Source of the DNA: Nitrospirota bacterium
GTDB lineage: Bacteria > Nitrospirota > Nitrospiria > Nitrospirales > NS-4
NCBI GenBank assembly: GCA_963788195.1
Contig: CAWBGA010000017.1
Coordinates: 608,001 to 672,000 of the forward strand
Length of the DNA: 64,000 nucleotides
Direction: 5' to 3'
Made by a program: the position numbers and the translations under genes. Below are positions 1-12,166 of this stretch, piece by piece. The first letter of the stretch is position 1. Each line of letters begins with the position of its first letter. The notes below the pieces were generated by a model. It was not told the origin of the DNA and ran no database searches. It saw only the letters and a list, made by a program, of their open reading frames with translations.

Positions 1-449
1 TGCGGCACATAGACGGAGGCATATTCTGCACCCAAGTTAAAATTCCGAAGATCCTCATCCGTCAGAAAACCGACAATCCATACCTCATCGGCAAACACAT
101 TCACCAGGACGGCTTTGTTGAACTTCTTATTGTTGCCGGCCAGGGCTTCAAAAAAACCTCTGATGGACGAATAGAGGAATTTAATCCCAGGCGTTTTTTC
201 CAACCATCGATCGAAAACACGGATCAGCCGGCCCATCAGAAAGAATGAGCTCACCCATCCGGTGAGGACAACAAATGCCATAATGATCACAAAACCCACG
301 CCGGGTATGTCGAGATACGGCCGGAGGATGTTGTCAATCTTATTAAAAACCCAATAGAGGGTGAACACCGTGATGGTGATGGGCGCCAGGACGATCAGAC
401 CTTGGAGAAAATAATATGGCACCGAACGTATTTTCCCCGCCCTATTCAT
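1..449 (-). CDS. DUF502-like membrane protein (runs off window edge)
   Basis: Manual translation MNRAGKIRSVPYYFLQGLIVLAPITIT...TPGIKFLYSSI...KAVLV...IVGFLT...VYVPQ, typical DUF502 pattern. Confidence 0.75.
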   Translation of the reverse strand, partial: MNRAGKIRSVPYYFLQGLIVLAPITITVFTLYWVFNKIDNILRPYLDIPGVGFVIIMAFVVLTGWVSSFFLMGRLIRVFDRWLEKTPGIKFLYSSIRGFFEALAGNNKKFNKAVLVNVFADEVWIVGFLTDEDLRNFNLGAEYASVYVP

Positions 450-586
450 TTTGCCTCTCAAAGGAAGTAATTAGGGTTGAAACCTTTCCCCGCTCAGGTT
501 GAATAGTGCCCCAAACAAGGCAGCCTGTCACTTTTTTATTGCACCGGCAGAAGAAATCAGCGTGGCACGAGGGCTGTCTCTCCCGC

Positions 587-636
587 TGTCATCTGAGCCC
601 TTCGGCAAGCTCAGGACAGGCTCCGCGAAACATCTA
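587..636 (+). repeat. Long (~50 bp) form of palindromic REP-like repeat A
   Basis: TGTCATCTGAGCCCTTCGGCAAGCTCAGGACAGGCTCCGCGAAACATCT; same architecture as 5396-5500. Confidence 0.7.
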
Positions 637-717
637 GCCTTTGAGATTCCAGCAGCATCGGAATTTATCGGGAGCAGTGAAAGCGAGTTTTCTAGCGGGA
701 AAGAGCTGAGGTGAGCG

Positions 718-948
718 CTACGCGACTTCAGAGGTACGTGCGTGAGTAATATCCCTGGGACTGACAGGCCGAAGTTGTGAAGAGAGCACCGTCGCAACGG
801 CAGCGGTTTTACCATGCAGGGTGAAGAATTCGACTTCATAGGCTTCACCATGAGGATGGACATGCACTACCGTTCCAACATCACCGGTCTTCATCCCGCC
901 TTCGGCGAGGTCACTTGTTAAGACAACTTGATCGTGCTCTTTAATCAT
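718..948 (-). CDS. DUF4926 domain protein (putative antitoxin)
   Basis: MIKEHDQVVL...GDVGTVVHVH...AYEVEF motif. Confidence 0.8.
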   Translation of the reverse strand: MIKEHDQVVLTSDLAEGGMKTGDVGTVVHVHPHGEAYEVEFFTLHGKTAAVATVLSSQLRPVSPRDITHARTSEVA

Positions 949-1125
949 AGCGGATCGTCAATAGCATACGCGGTAATGAGCCGCGGTATCTTTGTTCCTC
1001 TCTCAATGATCCAGATCGTCCGCATCCTTGGGTTCCGCCCGTCCGGCGATTCTAGTTCGCCCTCCAAAGCATACCGCGTACCATAAGAAGATTCCACACG
1101 TTTAGCGACTGGATGACTCGCGCGT
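945..1125 (-). pseudogene. C-terminal remnant of DUF6883-like partner gene
   Basis: Manual translation HPVAKRVESSYGTRYALEGELESPDG/..RTIWIIERGTKIPRLITAY; N-terminus missing, internal frameshift. Confidence 0.6.
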
Positions 1126-1215
1126 AACTGCTACCACGCCCTGCCCAAGTGATCCCCACATCCTTCTCTGCACTTCAAGAAAATTGGTCGTTTCCGATCT
1201 GCGCGCATCGGACTG

Positions 1216-1560
1216 TCATGGTTGGGGACGCGGGGGTGTCATGGAAGGTAACGTCAGTTCTATAAATGTTCCCTTCTGGATCTCCTTGATCGCCTTCTGA
1301 AGCGCAGGCAGTAAAGTGATCACAACGGGGACCTGATTTGTCGGCAAAACAATAAACGAAAGCTGCGATTTGGAGAGATTCTGTTGATACTGAAGTTGCT
1401 TGTCTGCGGTGATGAAAACATCAAACTGTTTCGCTGCGATGGCGAGCAATTCTCCATTCTTCATTCCTGACCAGCCCATTTCTTGCACGGTAGTAATAGA
1501 GAATTCGGTTAAACGCGTCTTAACTAATCGAGGGACAGATTCGTCGAGCAGTACCTTCAA
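1216..1560 (-). CDS. DUF5615 PIN-like toxin
   Basis: MKVLLDESVP...GWSGMKNGELL...FDVFITADKQL.YQQN. Confidence 0.8.
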   Translation of the reverse strand: MKVLLDESVPRLVKTRLTEFSITTVQEMGWSGMKNGELLAIAAKQFDVFITADKQLQYQQNLSKSQLSFIVLPTNQVPVVITLLPALQKAIKEIQKGTFIELTLPSMTPPRPQP

Positions 1561-1802
1561 GCAGTCTGACTAAGCTTAGATAGCGTAGTTCTGTAAAATT
1601 CGAGGACCTGTAAAGCATGTTCACGCTTCACGCTTGGAAAATTCTCCAGATATTCATTCAAAGTAAGGCCAGCTTCTATATTAGAAAGCAGAGACTCAAC
1701 CGGTACCCGTGTTCCAGAAAACACGGGCTTGCCGCTCACGATACTCGCGTCAACCGTAATTGGTAGCTTGTTAAGTTCTTTCTCTTCGATGATTAGAGTC
1801 AT
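1557..1802 (-). CDS. DUF433 antitoxin
   Basis: IVSGKPVFSGTRVPV...FPSV; 4-bp overlap with PIN gene. Confidence 0.85.
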   Translation of the reverse strand: MTLIIEEKELNKLPITVDASIVSGKPVFSGTRVPVESLLSNIEAGLTLNEYLENFPSVKREHALQVLEFYRTTLSKLSQTA

Positions 1803-1891
1803 AGTCTTCCATTACTTTGTACTACTTTATAGTAGCCCACAAGACCTTCTAGTTTCTACAGCGGAGATCATTGGCGCAGCAAAGGATCTCG

Positions 1892-4800
1892 TTATTCAGA
1901 ATCCGGAGGCGGAACGGTTGCCTCTGTGTGGACCGGATCCCCACCTGTTTCAGCCGCGAACTCCACCAGGCGGCACAGAGCATTGACGAGCTGCATGTCC
2001 TCAATCGACGCGCACCGCGCCTCGAGCAACCGTGGCGAGCACACCAGGATGGCCAGGCATTGCGCCCGCGAGATCGCGACATTCAGCCGGTTGCGCGAAA
2101 ACAGAAAGGCCAGGCCCCGTGAGACGTCATCGCCACTCGAGGTGGCCATCGAGAAGAAGACGACCGGCGCCTCCTGCCCCTGGAACTTGTCCACGGTCCC
2201 CACGCGCACTCCTGCCGGCAGGGCGTCGCGAAGCCGCCGCACTTGTGCGTTATACGGCGCGACGACCATGAAGTCCTCGTGCCGAAGCGGCCTTCGTCGT
2301 CCCGTCTGCGTTGGTGAAATCCCCGCCGTGCATGCGCTCGATCTCGCGCGCGATGGCTTCGGCTTCTTCCACCGACGCGGTGCGATTGCCCTCATGCTCC
2401 ACGGGAATGAAGCGAATGCCCGTCCCGAAGGCAGTCGTGCGTTGCGCGGCACAGTTCGTCCGACCGCAGGCGCCCGGCGTACACAATTTCGGAGATGAAC
2501 TGGCAGACATCCGGGTGCATGCGAAACGTGCGCTCTAAAAAGATCCCGCGGTCCTCGGGGATGGTCGGCACAGTCCCAAGCAGATGCTCCAGCACCGACA
2601 CGCCGGCGCCCGGCGGATGCGTCCCCTGCGACACCTGGGCCAGCTGGAGTGGATCGCCGAGCAGGATCAGGTTGTGCGCGCAGGTGCCCATCGCAAGAGC
2701 GTCCGCAAGCGCCACCTGGCCGGCCTCGTCAATCACGAGATAATCGAGCTTGCGATCCAGCTCGGGCCGCGCGAAGAGCCACGCCGTGCCGGCCAAGAGG
2801 CGCACATCGGTATCCAGGTCGAGCAAAGGCCGCATTGTCAGCCTCGCTCTGGATGAATGTCCCCTCATATACTGACTCCGGGCTTTCCCCCGACTTCTTC
2901 AGCCCACGGAACGACAGCTGTCTCCGCAACAGCCACCCGCTCGATCTCTTCCAGAAGGTTGTGGATGGCTTTGTGGCTTTGCGCGGTGACGCCGACTGTC
3001 TTCCCCTCACGGATGAGATGAGTGATGATGCGCGCGCCGGTGTATGTCTTTCCCGAACCCGGCGGGCCTTGTATAAAGAGGTAGCTATGATTCAGCGCCA
3101 CCGCCAGCCTTTTCAATTCATTGAGATCGGTGGTCTGGATCGGCCCACCTTGCACATGATCACGAAATGCCGGGTAGTCCCGCTGTAAGACGGCACGGAC
3201 GGCGGCATACCGGTCATCCTTATTGAGAAGAGACATGCCGAGGCGAGCCAATGCGGCTCGCTGCGTCCCGTCGTCATATGGTTTCCTCGGAATGAGCGCG
3301 CGCGGCAGAGCCTGGGCAGCAGCTTTCGGCCCGCGCACCAATTCCAGGCGGCCGGATGCGTCGTCGATCGAGAGAATGTCGCCTGCCTTCTGTCCGGTCG
3401 ACGGATCGATCACCTCTCCATGGCCGAGCTTATGGTCCTGGGCAGGAAATCGAAGGGTAAAGATGGTCGATCGCTTATGCGGCCTTGGCGGAATGTCCGG
3501 ATCAGGCTCGAGACAGCCGATGGACTCCGGATCGTCGACGAGTTCCTCGGGCGACATCCCGCATCGTTCGAAATACCACCACCAGCCGGGCCGAGCCTCG
3601 CGGCGGTGGTACTCGAGCAGCTCTCCGGCGAGCCACCGTGGACTTCCTGGCTCAGCGCCTTCAAGAAGCTGCGCCCGCAGCTGGTTCCTGGCGGCCTCTG
3701 CCTCCGCCGCCTCTTCACTGGACTCCCGGGATGGCACAGGGTCCGGCCATGCTACTTCGGCCGGTCGAATGCTCAGCAGCCATTCCCGCAACGCCAGCGT
3801 GGCTCGGCAATCTTCCGCATTGTAGGCCGCGATCGCCTCCAGGGCTGTGGCATCGCGTGTCTGCAGCCATCGCTCGTATTCGAGGATGGCCTCCGTGCCG
3901 GACCGCACCGATGCGCTCCGAGTGAAACCGGCGAGCGCTTCCACATCCTTCAGTGAATAACTCGCCAGTCCCGCGCGCAAGCCCTGGCGCACGATCGTGC
4001 ACAGATCCACAAAGATCCCGCGGCGCAAGAGATCATCGACCTGGGTCTCGCGCGTCGCGTGCTCCCCCATCAGACGCTTGATCGCGGTCGGCTCATAGGC
4101 CCCAAAGTGATAGACGTGGAGATCAGGAAACCGCTGAAGTCTCTCGTGCACGAGATCGACGAACCGCTCAAGCGCCAGGCGCTCCCCAACCGCGTTATGC
4201 GCCCAAATCGCCTCATATCGCGGCGCCTCACCGTCGACGAACATCATGCCGAAGAGGAACTCCAGGCCACGGCTTGGCTCAAAGAACGGGTGCCCTTCAA
4301 AATCGAAAAACATGTCGCCGGGTGATGGCTGCGGGAGGCGGGTGAAGCCGCGGCCCGGTTCGATCGGGAGTAGATGCCACTCGATCCGGCTCGGAGGCCG
4401 GCTGATCCGCTGGAGGTCGGCCTGGTCACGCAGGCCGGCAAAGGTCGCCGATCGCATCTTGGGCACCGCCATGTCCGGCTTCGCTTGCGCGAGGCCTGTG
4501 AGCGTGAGAATCCCGGCGCTTTTTAACCGGACGACCTGGTCACGGCGGATCCTGGCGACGCGCACCATATGATCTTCGCTTTCCCAGCGCTTCTCACAGT
4601 GGCCACGCACGTCACAAAAGTCACAGCGCTCGCACGGATACGGCTCACTGTCAGAGCCTGCCGCCAGGACCTCGAGCAAGCGGGATTGAATACGCCGATA
4701 GTAGGCGGCGAAGTCGGCGAGGCGCAAGGTCGCGCGCTCACGGGTTCCGAGCATGAGGTGAATACGCTCGACCGGGACGCCCTGGATCTGGGCGAGTGCG

Positions 4801-5267
4801 TGTGCATAGAAGCACAGCTGAAGGACATGTGCGGGCCGCTCATGGCGTGCCAGCTTCGCATCGAGGACCTCATAGCTCCACGGACCGAGCTGCGACGGCC
4901 GGTCCACGCGCTCCAGGAAATCCGCAATGCCTCGCCACCGGCCATCGGTCAGCACGGCTTGATAAATGTATGCCGGCCCATCGCGGACGGCATCCAAGGT
5001 CCGCTGCGCCGCCGCTTCGAAGTTGAGCTGATCACCGAGCCCGATTTCAACGACGCTATGGCCGGATTCCAGCAGCGTACTCAGGTAGGCGCGCTCATGC
5101 TCATCTCCCTTGCGCGCAACAAGATCAGCGTACCGGTTCGGCTGAAACGGCCGCCGCAGCTCACCTCGGGCGGCCTTGAGGTCGATCTGCGTTAAGTATT
5201 CGCAGGCAAGAAAGTTGGACAGATCGCTCGGGGAGAGAAAGAGCTGTCCTTCGCCATCTACCTTCAC
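1892..5267 (-). CDS. TM0106-family RecB-like nuclease / RNase H-like / SF1 helicase (two frameshifts near 2870 and 2440)
   Basis: ORFs 2865-5267, 2392-2868 and 1892-2452 are contiguous pieces: GIADFLERV..YEVLDAKLA, FFDFEG, YNAEDC, QGPPGSGKT, DEAGQ, GDPLQL, VGTVDKFQGQE, NRLNVAISRA. Confidence 0.85.
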
Positions 5268-5343
5268 GGTTATCTTAAGCCGCAGTGCGAGACATTAGGT
5301 AGAGGCAATGGTAGAAGCTCGTGCGGTGGACTTCAACGAGAAT

Positions 5344-5380
5344 CCCTCTCCCCCGGAGGGAGAGGGCGAGGGTGAGGGGG
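5344..5380 (-). repeat. Palindromic repeat B (CCCCTCACCC..CCCTCTCCC...GGGAGAGGG)
   Basis: Reverse complement reads CCCCCTCACCCTCGCCCTCTCCCTCCGGGGGAGAGGG; partial relatives at ~19063 and ~21900. Confidence 0.65.
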
Positions 5381-5381
5381 T

Positions 5382-5500
5382 AATCCTGAGCGCGATGTCA
5401 TGCTGAGTCCTTCGCTGTCATCCTGGACCCGTTCGTCTGTCATGCTGAACGAAGTGAAGCATCTGTTTTGGACCTCAGGATAAACTCCGCGAAGGATCTA
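5382..5500 (+). repeat. Nested cluster of repeat A copies
   Basis: TGTCATGCTGAGTCCTTCG, TGTCATCCTG, TGTCATGCTGAACGAAGTGAAGCATCT (5438-5464), CTCAGGATAAACTCCGCGAAGGATCT. Confidence 0.8.
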
Positions 5501-5579
5501 GCCTATTCAGAATTGAGCCGGGGAGCGAGTGGGAAGAAGAGTCTTTCTCAGGTCGCCACGATATTCACGTGGGCAGCAT

Positions 5580-5906
5580 TCAGGAACTTAAGGGGTCAGT
5601 GATCTTTTTTTGGTCACTCCTCTGTCTGATGACTATGCACTGAACGTAGTATAGTAAACCCTTATGAGAAGGACCGCAATGGAATGATATGAAGAGGTAT
5701 TCTCTGTAGGTTCTGAAGGGATTGCCACTTACTCCGTTGTAATTAGAAGTAAAAACGACCTCTCCCGTATCGCGACGAAAGAGTCTGACGCTTAAGTTGT
5801 CGGGAAAGACATTGAGAGGTATATCTAATATACAACTGTATTCCAACCGGTTCGCAGAGTTTCCGATGATGTCCACAATCCGTCTTGAAAGATAGAATTT
5901 TCCCAT
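5580..5906 (-). CDS. Hypothetical protein, AT-rich relative to flanks
   Basis: 108-aa ATG ORF between repeat clusters; no motif recognised. Confidence 0.45.
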   Translation of the reverse strand: MGKFYLSRRIVDIIGNSANRLEYSCILDIPLNVFPDNLSVRLFRRDTGEVVFTSNYNGVSGNPFRTYREYLFISFHCGPSHKGLLYYVQCIVIRQRSDQKKITDPLSS

Positions 5907-6014
5907 TCGTGGTTAGGCTTCTTCTTGGAGGGGCACGAGACTCCTTCGACAACCTCAGCGGCAGGGGCGAGAGAATGCTAGATCCTTCGCTGCGCTCAGC
6001 GACTGTCTTGAACG

Positions 6015-6966
<952 letters not shown>

Positions 6967-6974
6967 GGTACACC

Positions 6975-7155
6975 TCCGAGAGTACCCGGTCTTGCGCAAT
7001 GCGGGCTTCGGTGGCCCAGGCGATGCACTGGCTCCTTCTGGTAATGGGCGTGACGACCTGGCTGAGCGACGGTCTCAGAGGACCCAGGATGAGTCGGTTA
7101 TTCACGCCCTGGTTGTTGATGCACCATAGGATCCATCAGTGAGGATCAAGATACA
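6975..7155 (-). ncRNA. Putative IS110 bridge RNA region
   Basis: Stem GGGCGTGA/TCACGCCC encloses TCATCCT and TCGCTCAG, matching both halves of the target TCATCCTGAGCG; exact ends unknown. Confidence 0.7.
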
Positions 7156-7257
7156 AGGATGACAGCAGAGGACTTCAGGATGACAACCGCTTTCTGTCCT
7201 TGATCGTTTCGCCGGAGCGGAGTAGGATGCTCTCCCCGATCCCCGGAGCCCACCGCA

Positions 7258-10142
7258 ATGAAAAAGAGGCCCCGCGCAAAGAAGCCGGTTCGAGTGGGCA
7301 AGGCCAAGCGGCGCCCGCCGAGCACTCCCGAGAGCCCTCCTGGCAAACCGACCGGTGGCAAGACAGTCGCGGAATGGTTTGCCTGTGCCCCTCAGCTCAC
7401 CGACGCTGCCGTGGCCTGGCAGAAGAGGCAGTTGCGGGAAGTCGCTGACCGCGCGACCGCAGCAGAGCGCTGGCTCTTCAAGAAACTCGTTCCGCCTCCG
7501 TTTGATACGACCATCAGCGGCCAGGGCACCACCTGCCATCATTACCTGCCGGACAACCGCCTCGAGTGGTGGGACGCTTCGCCTCCAGAGACCGGGCCGC
7601 TCAGGTACGATGGATTTGAGGCCCACGATGTCTTCGATTGCCTGCATTTTCATCCGACTTTGCGTCATGTCGTGGACTGGGAAGGTCTAGGGACGGGGCG
7701 TCGCCGAATGGACTCCAGGCCGCCCAATTCACGGTGCTGGCCGGTCCACCCGAGTCCGGGCCGGAACCGCAGATCAGAATCATGGACAATGTCACGACCG
7801 CGACCGACCCGAAACGCGGCCGGCACAGGGTGCTCTACAACGACCGGGATCGGTTGGTGCTGGTCTTCGATACCCCGCAACGCGCCGTCGGTCTCGAGTA
7901 TGGATACTGGCCGGTGCCGCAGTCCGAGATACCCATACATGTCCAGGCGGCGACCATCGTGGCCTATGACCGGGACGGGGCCGAGATTGCCAGAGGCTCG
8001 GGCGTGCACCTGGAGCGGGGAATCGTGCAGGAAGGAAGGGTGGCTCACAGGGTGGGGGTCAGAGCCCGCCCGGGTCATATCAGCTCGGTGGAGGTCTTCT
8101 TTACGTTTTATGATCCGGGTGCGCCGGAGGCGGAACGGCTCCCGGTCGCAGAGCCGCTCGTCGTGCACCGGGTGTGGCACGAAGCCCTGCCTCCCGCTGC
8201 GACGCACCAGGCGGCGGCGGAGGTGGGTGGGGATCCCGAGGCTACCTGGGTCACGCTTCCCTTTCGATGCAACCGCGCGGTGGTCTTTTTCCGGGGCTTC
8301 AGACTCGCGTTTACGGAGGGAGAGGGACGTCCGATCCGCGGGATGCACGCGGGAATTGAAATCACACCAGAGTCAAATCCCGGGACAGAGCACACGCCTG
8401 ATCCGGCTGACCGGTATCGGACGAGAACCGTTCAATTGAGGCCACGGGGGCGCTTTCTGACAGGCGAGGACACGGCATCGGAATGCACGGTGTTTTATAC
8501 CCTCTTTGCGTGGGATGCGGACCAGGTTGAGCTGTCGACGGCCGCGGGCAGTGACCTCTTTGATGCGGAAAATCTCTGGGCGGCTGAAATCCAAAGACGA
8601 GGTGGTGGCTTCGGCGGCCCTGAACGATTTTCCAATTCCTTTGTCGAAACAGGATCGGTGGTGATTGAGCATCCAGGAGCGCGGCTTCCGCCTGATGAGG
8701 GGCAATTGAAAAGAGGCGCGCCCTGGCAGGTCTTTGGCGGGCTCCAATCCTTCTTCTTTCAGTTCGGCGAGCATGCGGACGCAGGAGGAAGACGAGAATT
8801 TGAGATTGAAGCGCTGCGACTCGCTGTCGGGCCCCCTCGATCGGGCATGGTCGATGGAAGGATGACGGTGACCGTGCCGTTGTATTTTAGCGTCGTGCCA
8901 AACGATCCCGTCTGGCGAGCCGGCGAAGAGATCATTGCGACCTCCTTTGGGCCGAGCGCTTCTTATGACGTGCTCCCGACACCAGGGGCCTGGAGCGCGA
9001 CCTGTGTGGTCGTCTGCGGTCCGAGTCTTCACCCTTCACTGGGGGCGTCAGGTGAGCCGTTCGTCTTCGCCATACCCAGTGTCGAGGGTCCTAGGGACAA
9101 CGACGAGTTTCTGTCCGCTCCTCTTCCCTTGAGCGTCGCAGGCATTACTGTCCAGGCCGCTGAGCAACTGTGTGTCGGCCTCCAGACGGCGTACCTGGAA
9201 CCTGGGGGCCCGGTGGCGGAGTTGGAGCTTGAAGTTAAGGCTCAGGACTATGTTTACGCCGGCCCGGCTGTACCCCAACTGAATGGAGTGGGCAATTGGC
9301 AATATGCGGCGGGCATGCGTGTGGAGGGAAATGACCAGGCCGCCATGTGGGGAGTACCCATGGGGTTTGGTGTTCTTCGCAAGGCCCTCTGGGCGCACGC
9401 ACTGCTGACGACACAGGACATGGTCTTCGAAGGGGTGACTGGGACCTTGTCCATGGCGCCCATTCAGTTTGGCTTGATTCGCAATGTCGGGACGGCGCCC
9501 GTCCTCATTCTGGGAGCAGAGCTCGTTCCGGCCCGGGGAGGGCCGGCCTTCTTCCTTCGATTCGCGGCGCCGCCGTGGACCTACCCGGTAAGCCCCCATA
9601 TTTTCCCGGATTTGCAGAACATGGGGGAGACCTTTACGCTGGATGAGATGACTCGCCGGCCTCCGGTACGCCTGGAACCTGGTCAGAGTCTCATCATCGG
9701 CGGAACGTTTTTTCCTCAGGCCGATGGCCGCTACGAAGCCTTTCTGAACCTCCACACCAATGCCCAGCCGGCGCTCGTGCAGATTCGTATCGCGGCCGGG
9801 ACGCTGCCCAATCGGGCGCACGCCATTTTTATTCCGGATCCGACGAATTTCGGCAATGTCAGGGTGGGAACCAGCCCCGTGCGCGATGCGTTGATCGCAT
9901 CCGACGGGCAGTCGCCGGTCATCGTCTCGCAAGTTGGGCTGCAAGATGCCACGCTGGGATTTCGCCTGCTGAATCCGTTTGGGGGGTTCCAGCTCAGCCC
10001 CGGAGAATCACGGCTGATTTCCATCGAATTTGCGCCGGGAGAGTCCGGACGCGTTCAGACCCGGCTCTTTGCCATGACGAATGTCCCGGGACAGGCGCGA
10101 ATGGAGATCCAGGTCATGGGCAACGGAGAGTTTGCCGAATAG
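7258..10142 (+). CDS. Large hypothetical protein with C-terminal Ig-like (ASPM-SPD2-Hydin / choice-of-anchor D-like) domains; probable frameshift near 7690
   Basis: ORF 7258 N-part plus ORF 7638-10142; IRNVGTAPVLI, NFGNVRVG, LSPGESRLISIEFAP patterns. Confidence 0.55.
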
Positions 10143-10197
10143 TCCGCGAATCGGCTGCTGATCCACCAGAGAAACGCAGAAGTGTCCAGCAGTAGCT

Positions 10198-10425
10198 TCA
10201 CTCGAAGCTTTTCAGGAGGGCCTTTGGCAGCGGCGCGTCGAAGTCGCGGCGGATTCTCAATTTTCCGCGAGCGCTTCCAGGAGATCGGCGCGACGGGTGG
10301 AATTCGACAGGGACCAACCGAGCGACCGGACGCCCTGCTCTGGCAATCGTAATTTCCTCTCCGTGCAGTACGCGTTCGATGAGCTTGGAAAACTGAGTTT
10401 TGGCCTCATGAATATTGACTGACAT
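10198..10425 (-). CDS. Phd/YefM antitoxin (orphan)
   Basis: MSVNIHEAKTQFSKLIERV..GEEITIARAGRPVARLVP; no toxin downstream. Confidence 0.85.
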   Translation of the reverse strand: MSVNIHEAKTQFSKLIERVLHGEEITIARAGRPVARLVPVEFHPSRRSPGSARGKLRIRRDFDAPLPKALLKSFE

Positions 10426-10545
10426 TGTGCTCCCTCTCCCTGAATAATCATCTTCGTCCACTGATTAGCACACTATGAGACGAAGCGAATAGGTTGGTTG
10501 CCGGAACCGGCGAGGGAGGCGTGATGCTGAGCCCGCATTGGGAGA

Positions 10546-10875
10546 TTATGGGGCAAACATCTCGCCTAGGACCGAGAGAACCTTATTGGCCGTCTCCGGG
10601 TTGATTGTGCCAAGCCGCCTCAGGAGCCGGACTTTGTCCACTGTTCGGATTTGATCAAGGGCGATTTGCCCCATCTTTCGTTGAAACCTGACGGGAACCC
10701 GCGTCGGGTAGACACGCCCATGTGTAGTCATTGGAGCAACAATGACGGTGTCGATGTGGCGGTTCATCTCGTCCGGCGAGATGATGAGGCAGGGACGAGT
10801 CTTGCGTATCTCGCGCCCTACGGAAGGCTCCAAACGCACAAGATGGACCTCAAACCGTGAGGCTACCACCGCCAT
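10546..10875 (-). CDS. mazF: MazF/PemK toxin
   Basis: LEPSVGREIRKTRPCLIISPDEMN...DQIRTVDKVRL. Confidence 0.9.
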   Translation of the reverse strand: MAVVASRFEVHLVRLEPSVGREIRKTRPCLIISPDEMNRHIDTVIVAPMTTHGRVYPTRVPVRFQRKMGQIALDQIRTVDKVRLLRRLGTINPETANKVLSVLGEMFAP

Positions 10876-11114
10876 TCGGTTCTATCCCACTTGGTAGCCG
10901 GCGGCTTCAGGTCTACGAGGCTATCGTCTCCCTGCTCATGCATATGACGGAAGGCATCCTCCCACCCCTCTCGTGGCTTGCTGGATGGTCGGATCACCAG
11001 ATGGTCGTCCTCCACCTCTAGTTCGACGGCGTCCTTCAGCCGATAGTGTTCCAAGAGCGCCTTCGGAATGCGAATCCCTCGTGAATTGCCGATGCGCACC
11101 ACACTGGTCCTCAT
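10863..11114 (-). CDS. mazE: AbrB/MazE antitoxin
   Basis: VVRIGNSRGIRIPKALL. Confidence 0.9.
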   Translation of the reverse strand: MRTSVVRIGNSRGIRIPKALLEHYRLKDAVELEVEDDHLVIRPSSKPREGWEDAFRHMHEQGDDSLVDLKPPATKWDRTEWRW

Positions 11115-11143
11115 GAGTCTACCTCCAACCCTCCCAGCGAAAT

Positions 11144-11162
11144 GTACTTACAAAGTAAGTAC
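11144..11162. promoter_or_regulatory. Palindromic operator upstream of mazE
   Basis: GTACTTAC-AAA-GTAAGTAC perfect inverted repeat 30 bp upstream of start. Confidence 0.6.
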
Positions 11163-11333
11163 CCCATAAGGCTTGTAAAGTCAAGTCTGGGCAGTCGGAC
11201 AGTTGCAGGTCTATTGGTTTGACACGCTTACCCTTACAACGTTACTTCTTTGTATCTCAAAACCTGTTCCTAATTAGCCTGACCGTTGTCTCTCATTGTA
11301 ATGGGGCGAGAGATGACATGACGACTGAATGAT

Positions 11334-11380
11334 AGATCCTTCGTCGAACGTCAGGATGACATGGTGTGGCTCAAATGACA
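11334..11380 (+). repeat. Repeat A copy plus trailing half-site
   Basis: AGATCCTTCGTCGAACGTCAGGATGACA ... CTCAAATGACA. Confidence 0.7.
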
Positions 11381-11490
11381 TATAAGGTGCTGAGACACCA
11401 GCCTCAATTGCTTTCGTAGCCTGCGCGAAATATACTTTTCTGGCTGACGGTGTTTGGGACGCCGTCGTGTGTTAGCGAGGAGAATTCAGA

Positions 11491-11688
11491 ATGCCTGATC
11501 TTACGGTGACGCTTTCGGCAGAGGATGTCCGACGCCTTGAGGAATTAAGTAAACGGGAAGGTCTCACTGTGGCGCAGATCATGCAACTGGGAATCAAGGA
11601 CCTGATTGGTCTGCCTGAAGAAAGATTTCAAGCTGTAACCCGCAGCATCATGGAGAAGAACGCTGAGCTTTATCGCCGTCTGGCGTGA
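11491..11688 (+). CDS. RHH-type antitoxin of a Doc-associated pair
   Basis: C-terminal KNAELYRRLA motif; overlaps doc remnant. Confidence 0.7.
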   Translation: MPDLTVTLSAEDVRRLEELSKREGLTVAQIMQLGIKDLIGLPEERFQAVTRSIMEKNAELYRRLA

Positions 11689-11785
11689 CCCGCTATCTCA
11701 CACTCGCCGAAGTTCTGCAACTTCACAGTGAAATCTTGAATCGATGGGGCGGCGCCGCTGGCTTACGCGACGTCGGGGCCTTAGG
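11685..11785 (+). pseudogene. Truncated Doc/Fic toxin N-terminus
   Basis: GTG start, (M)TRYLTLAEVLQLHSEILNRWGGAAGLRDVGAL, then similarity ends before the catalytic motif. Confidence 0.7.
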
Positions 11786-11790
11786 AGGCA

Positions 11791-11886
11791 TTAAGATTCG
11801 AATAGGTTTCTTGGAACTTTTCTAAAACCATGCGATTCAAGGATTGTGCACACATCTCGTCCAGAGAAGTGGCGCAACTTACCCAT
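11791..11886 (-). pseudogene. HicA toxin with large internal deletion
   Basis: 31 aa MGKLRHFSGRDVCTILESHGFRKV-PRNLFES; lacks the GSH catalytic core. Confidence 0.65.
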
Positions 11887-12103
11887 ACGGAGCTTCGAAC
11901 GTGGTGACGTACACCGGAGTATGGAGTCTCTCTTTCACTTCTGATGGATCCGCGCACTCCAGAAATAACCCGACCGCTTCTTTGAGATTGGCGGTAGCTT
12001 CTTCAATGGTACGGCCTTGGCTTGTCACATCGAGTTCCGGACAAAGAGCTACATACAAATCGCCTTCTTTTTCCAACACTGCAGTATAAGTGTTTGAGCG
12101 CAT
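11879..12103 (-). CDS. hicB: HicB-family antitoxin
   Basis: YTAVLEKEGDLYVALCPELDVTSQGRTIEEATANLKEAV. Confidence 0.85.
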   Translation of the reverse strand: MRSNTYTAVLEKEGDLYVALCPELDVTSQGRTIEEATANLKEAVGLFLECADPSEVKERLHTPVYVTTFEAPYG

Positions 12104-12166
12104 GCTTGAATCTCCTCGCCAGAAAGTATACCCAACATGATAGGCGAAGTCACGGAATGGGTGGTC

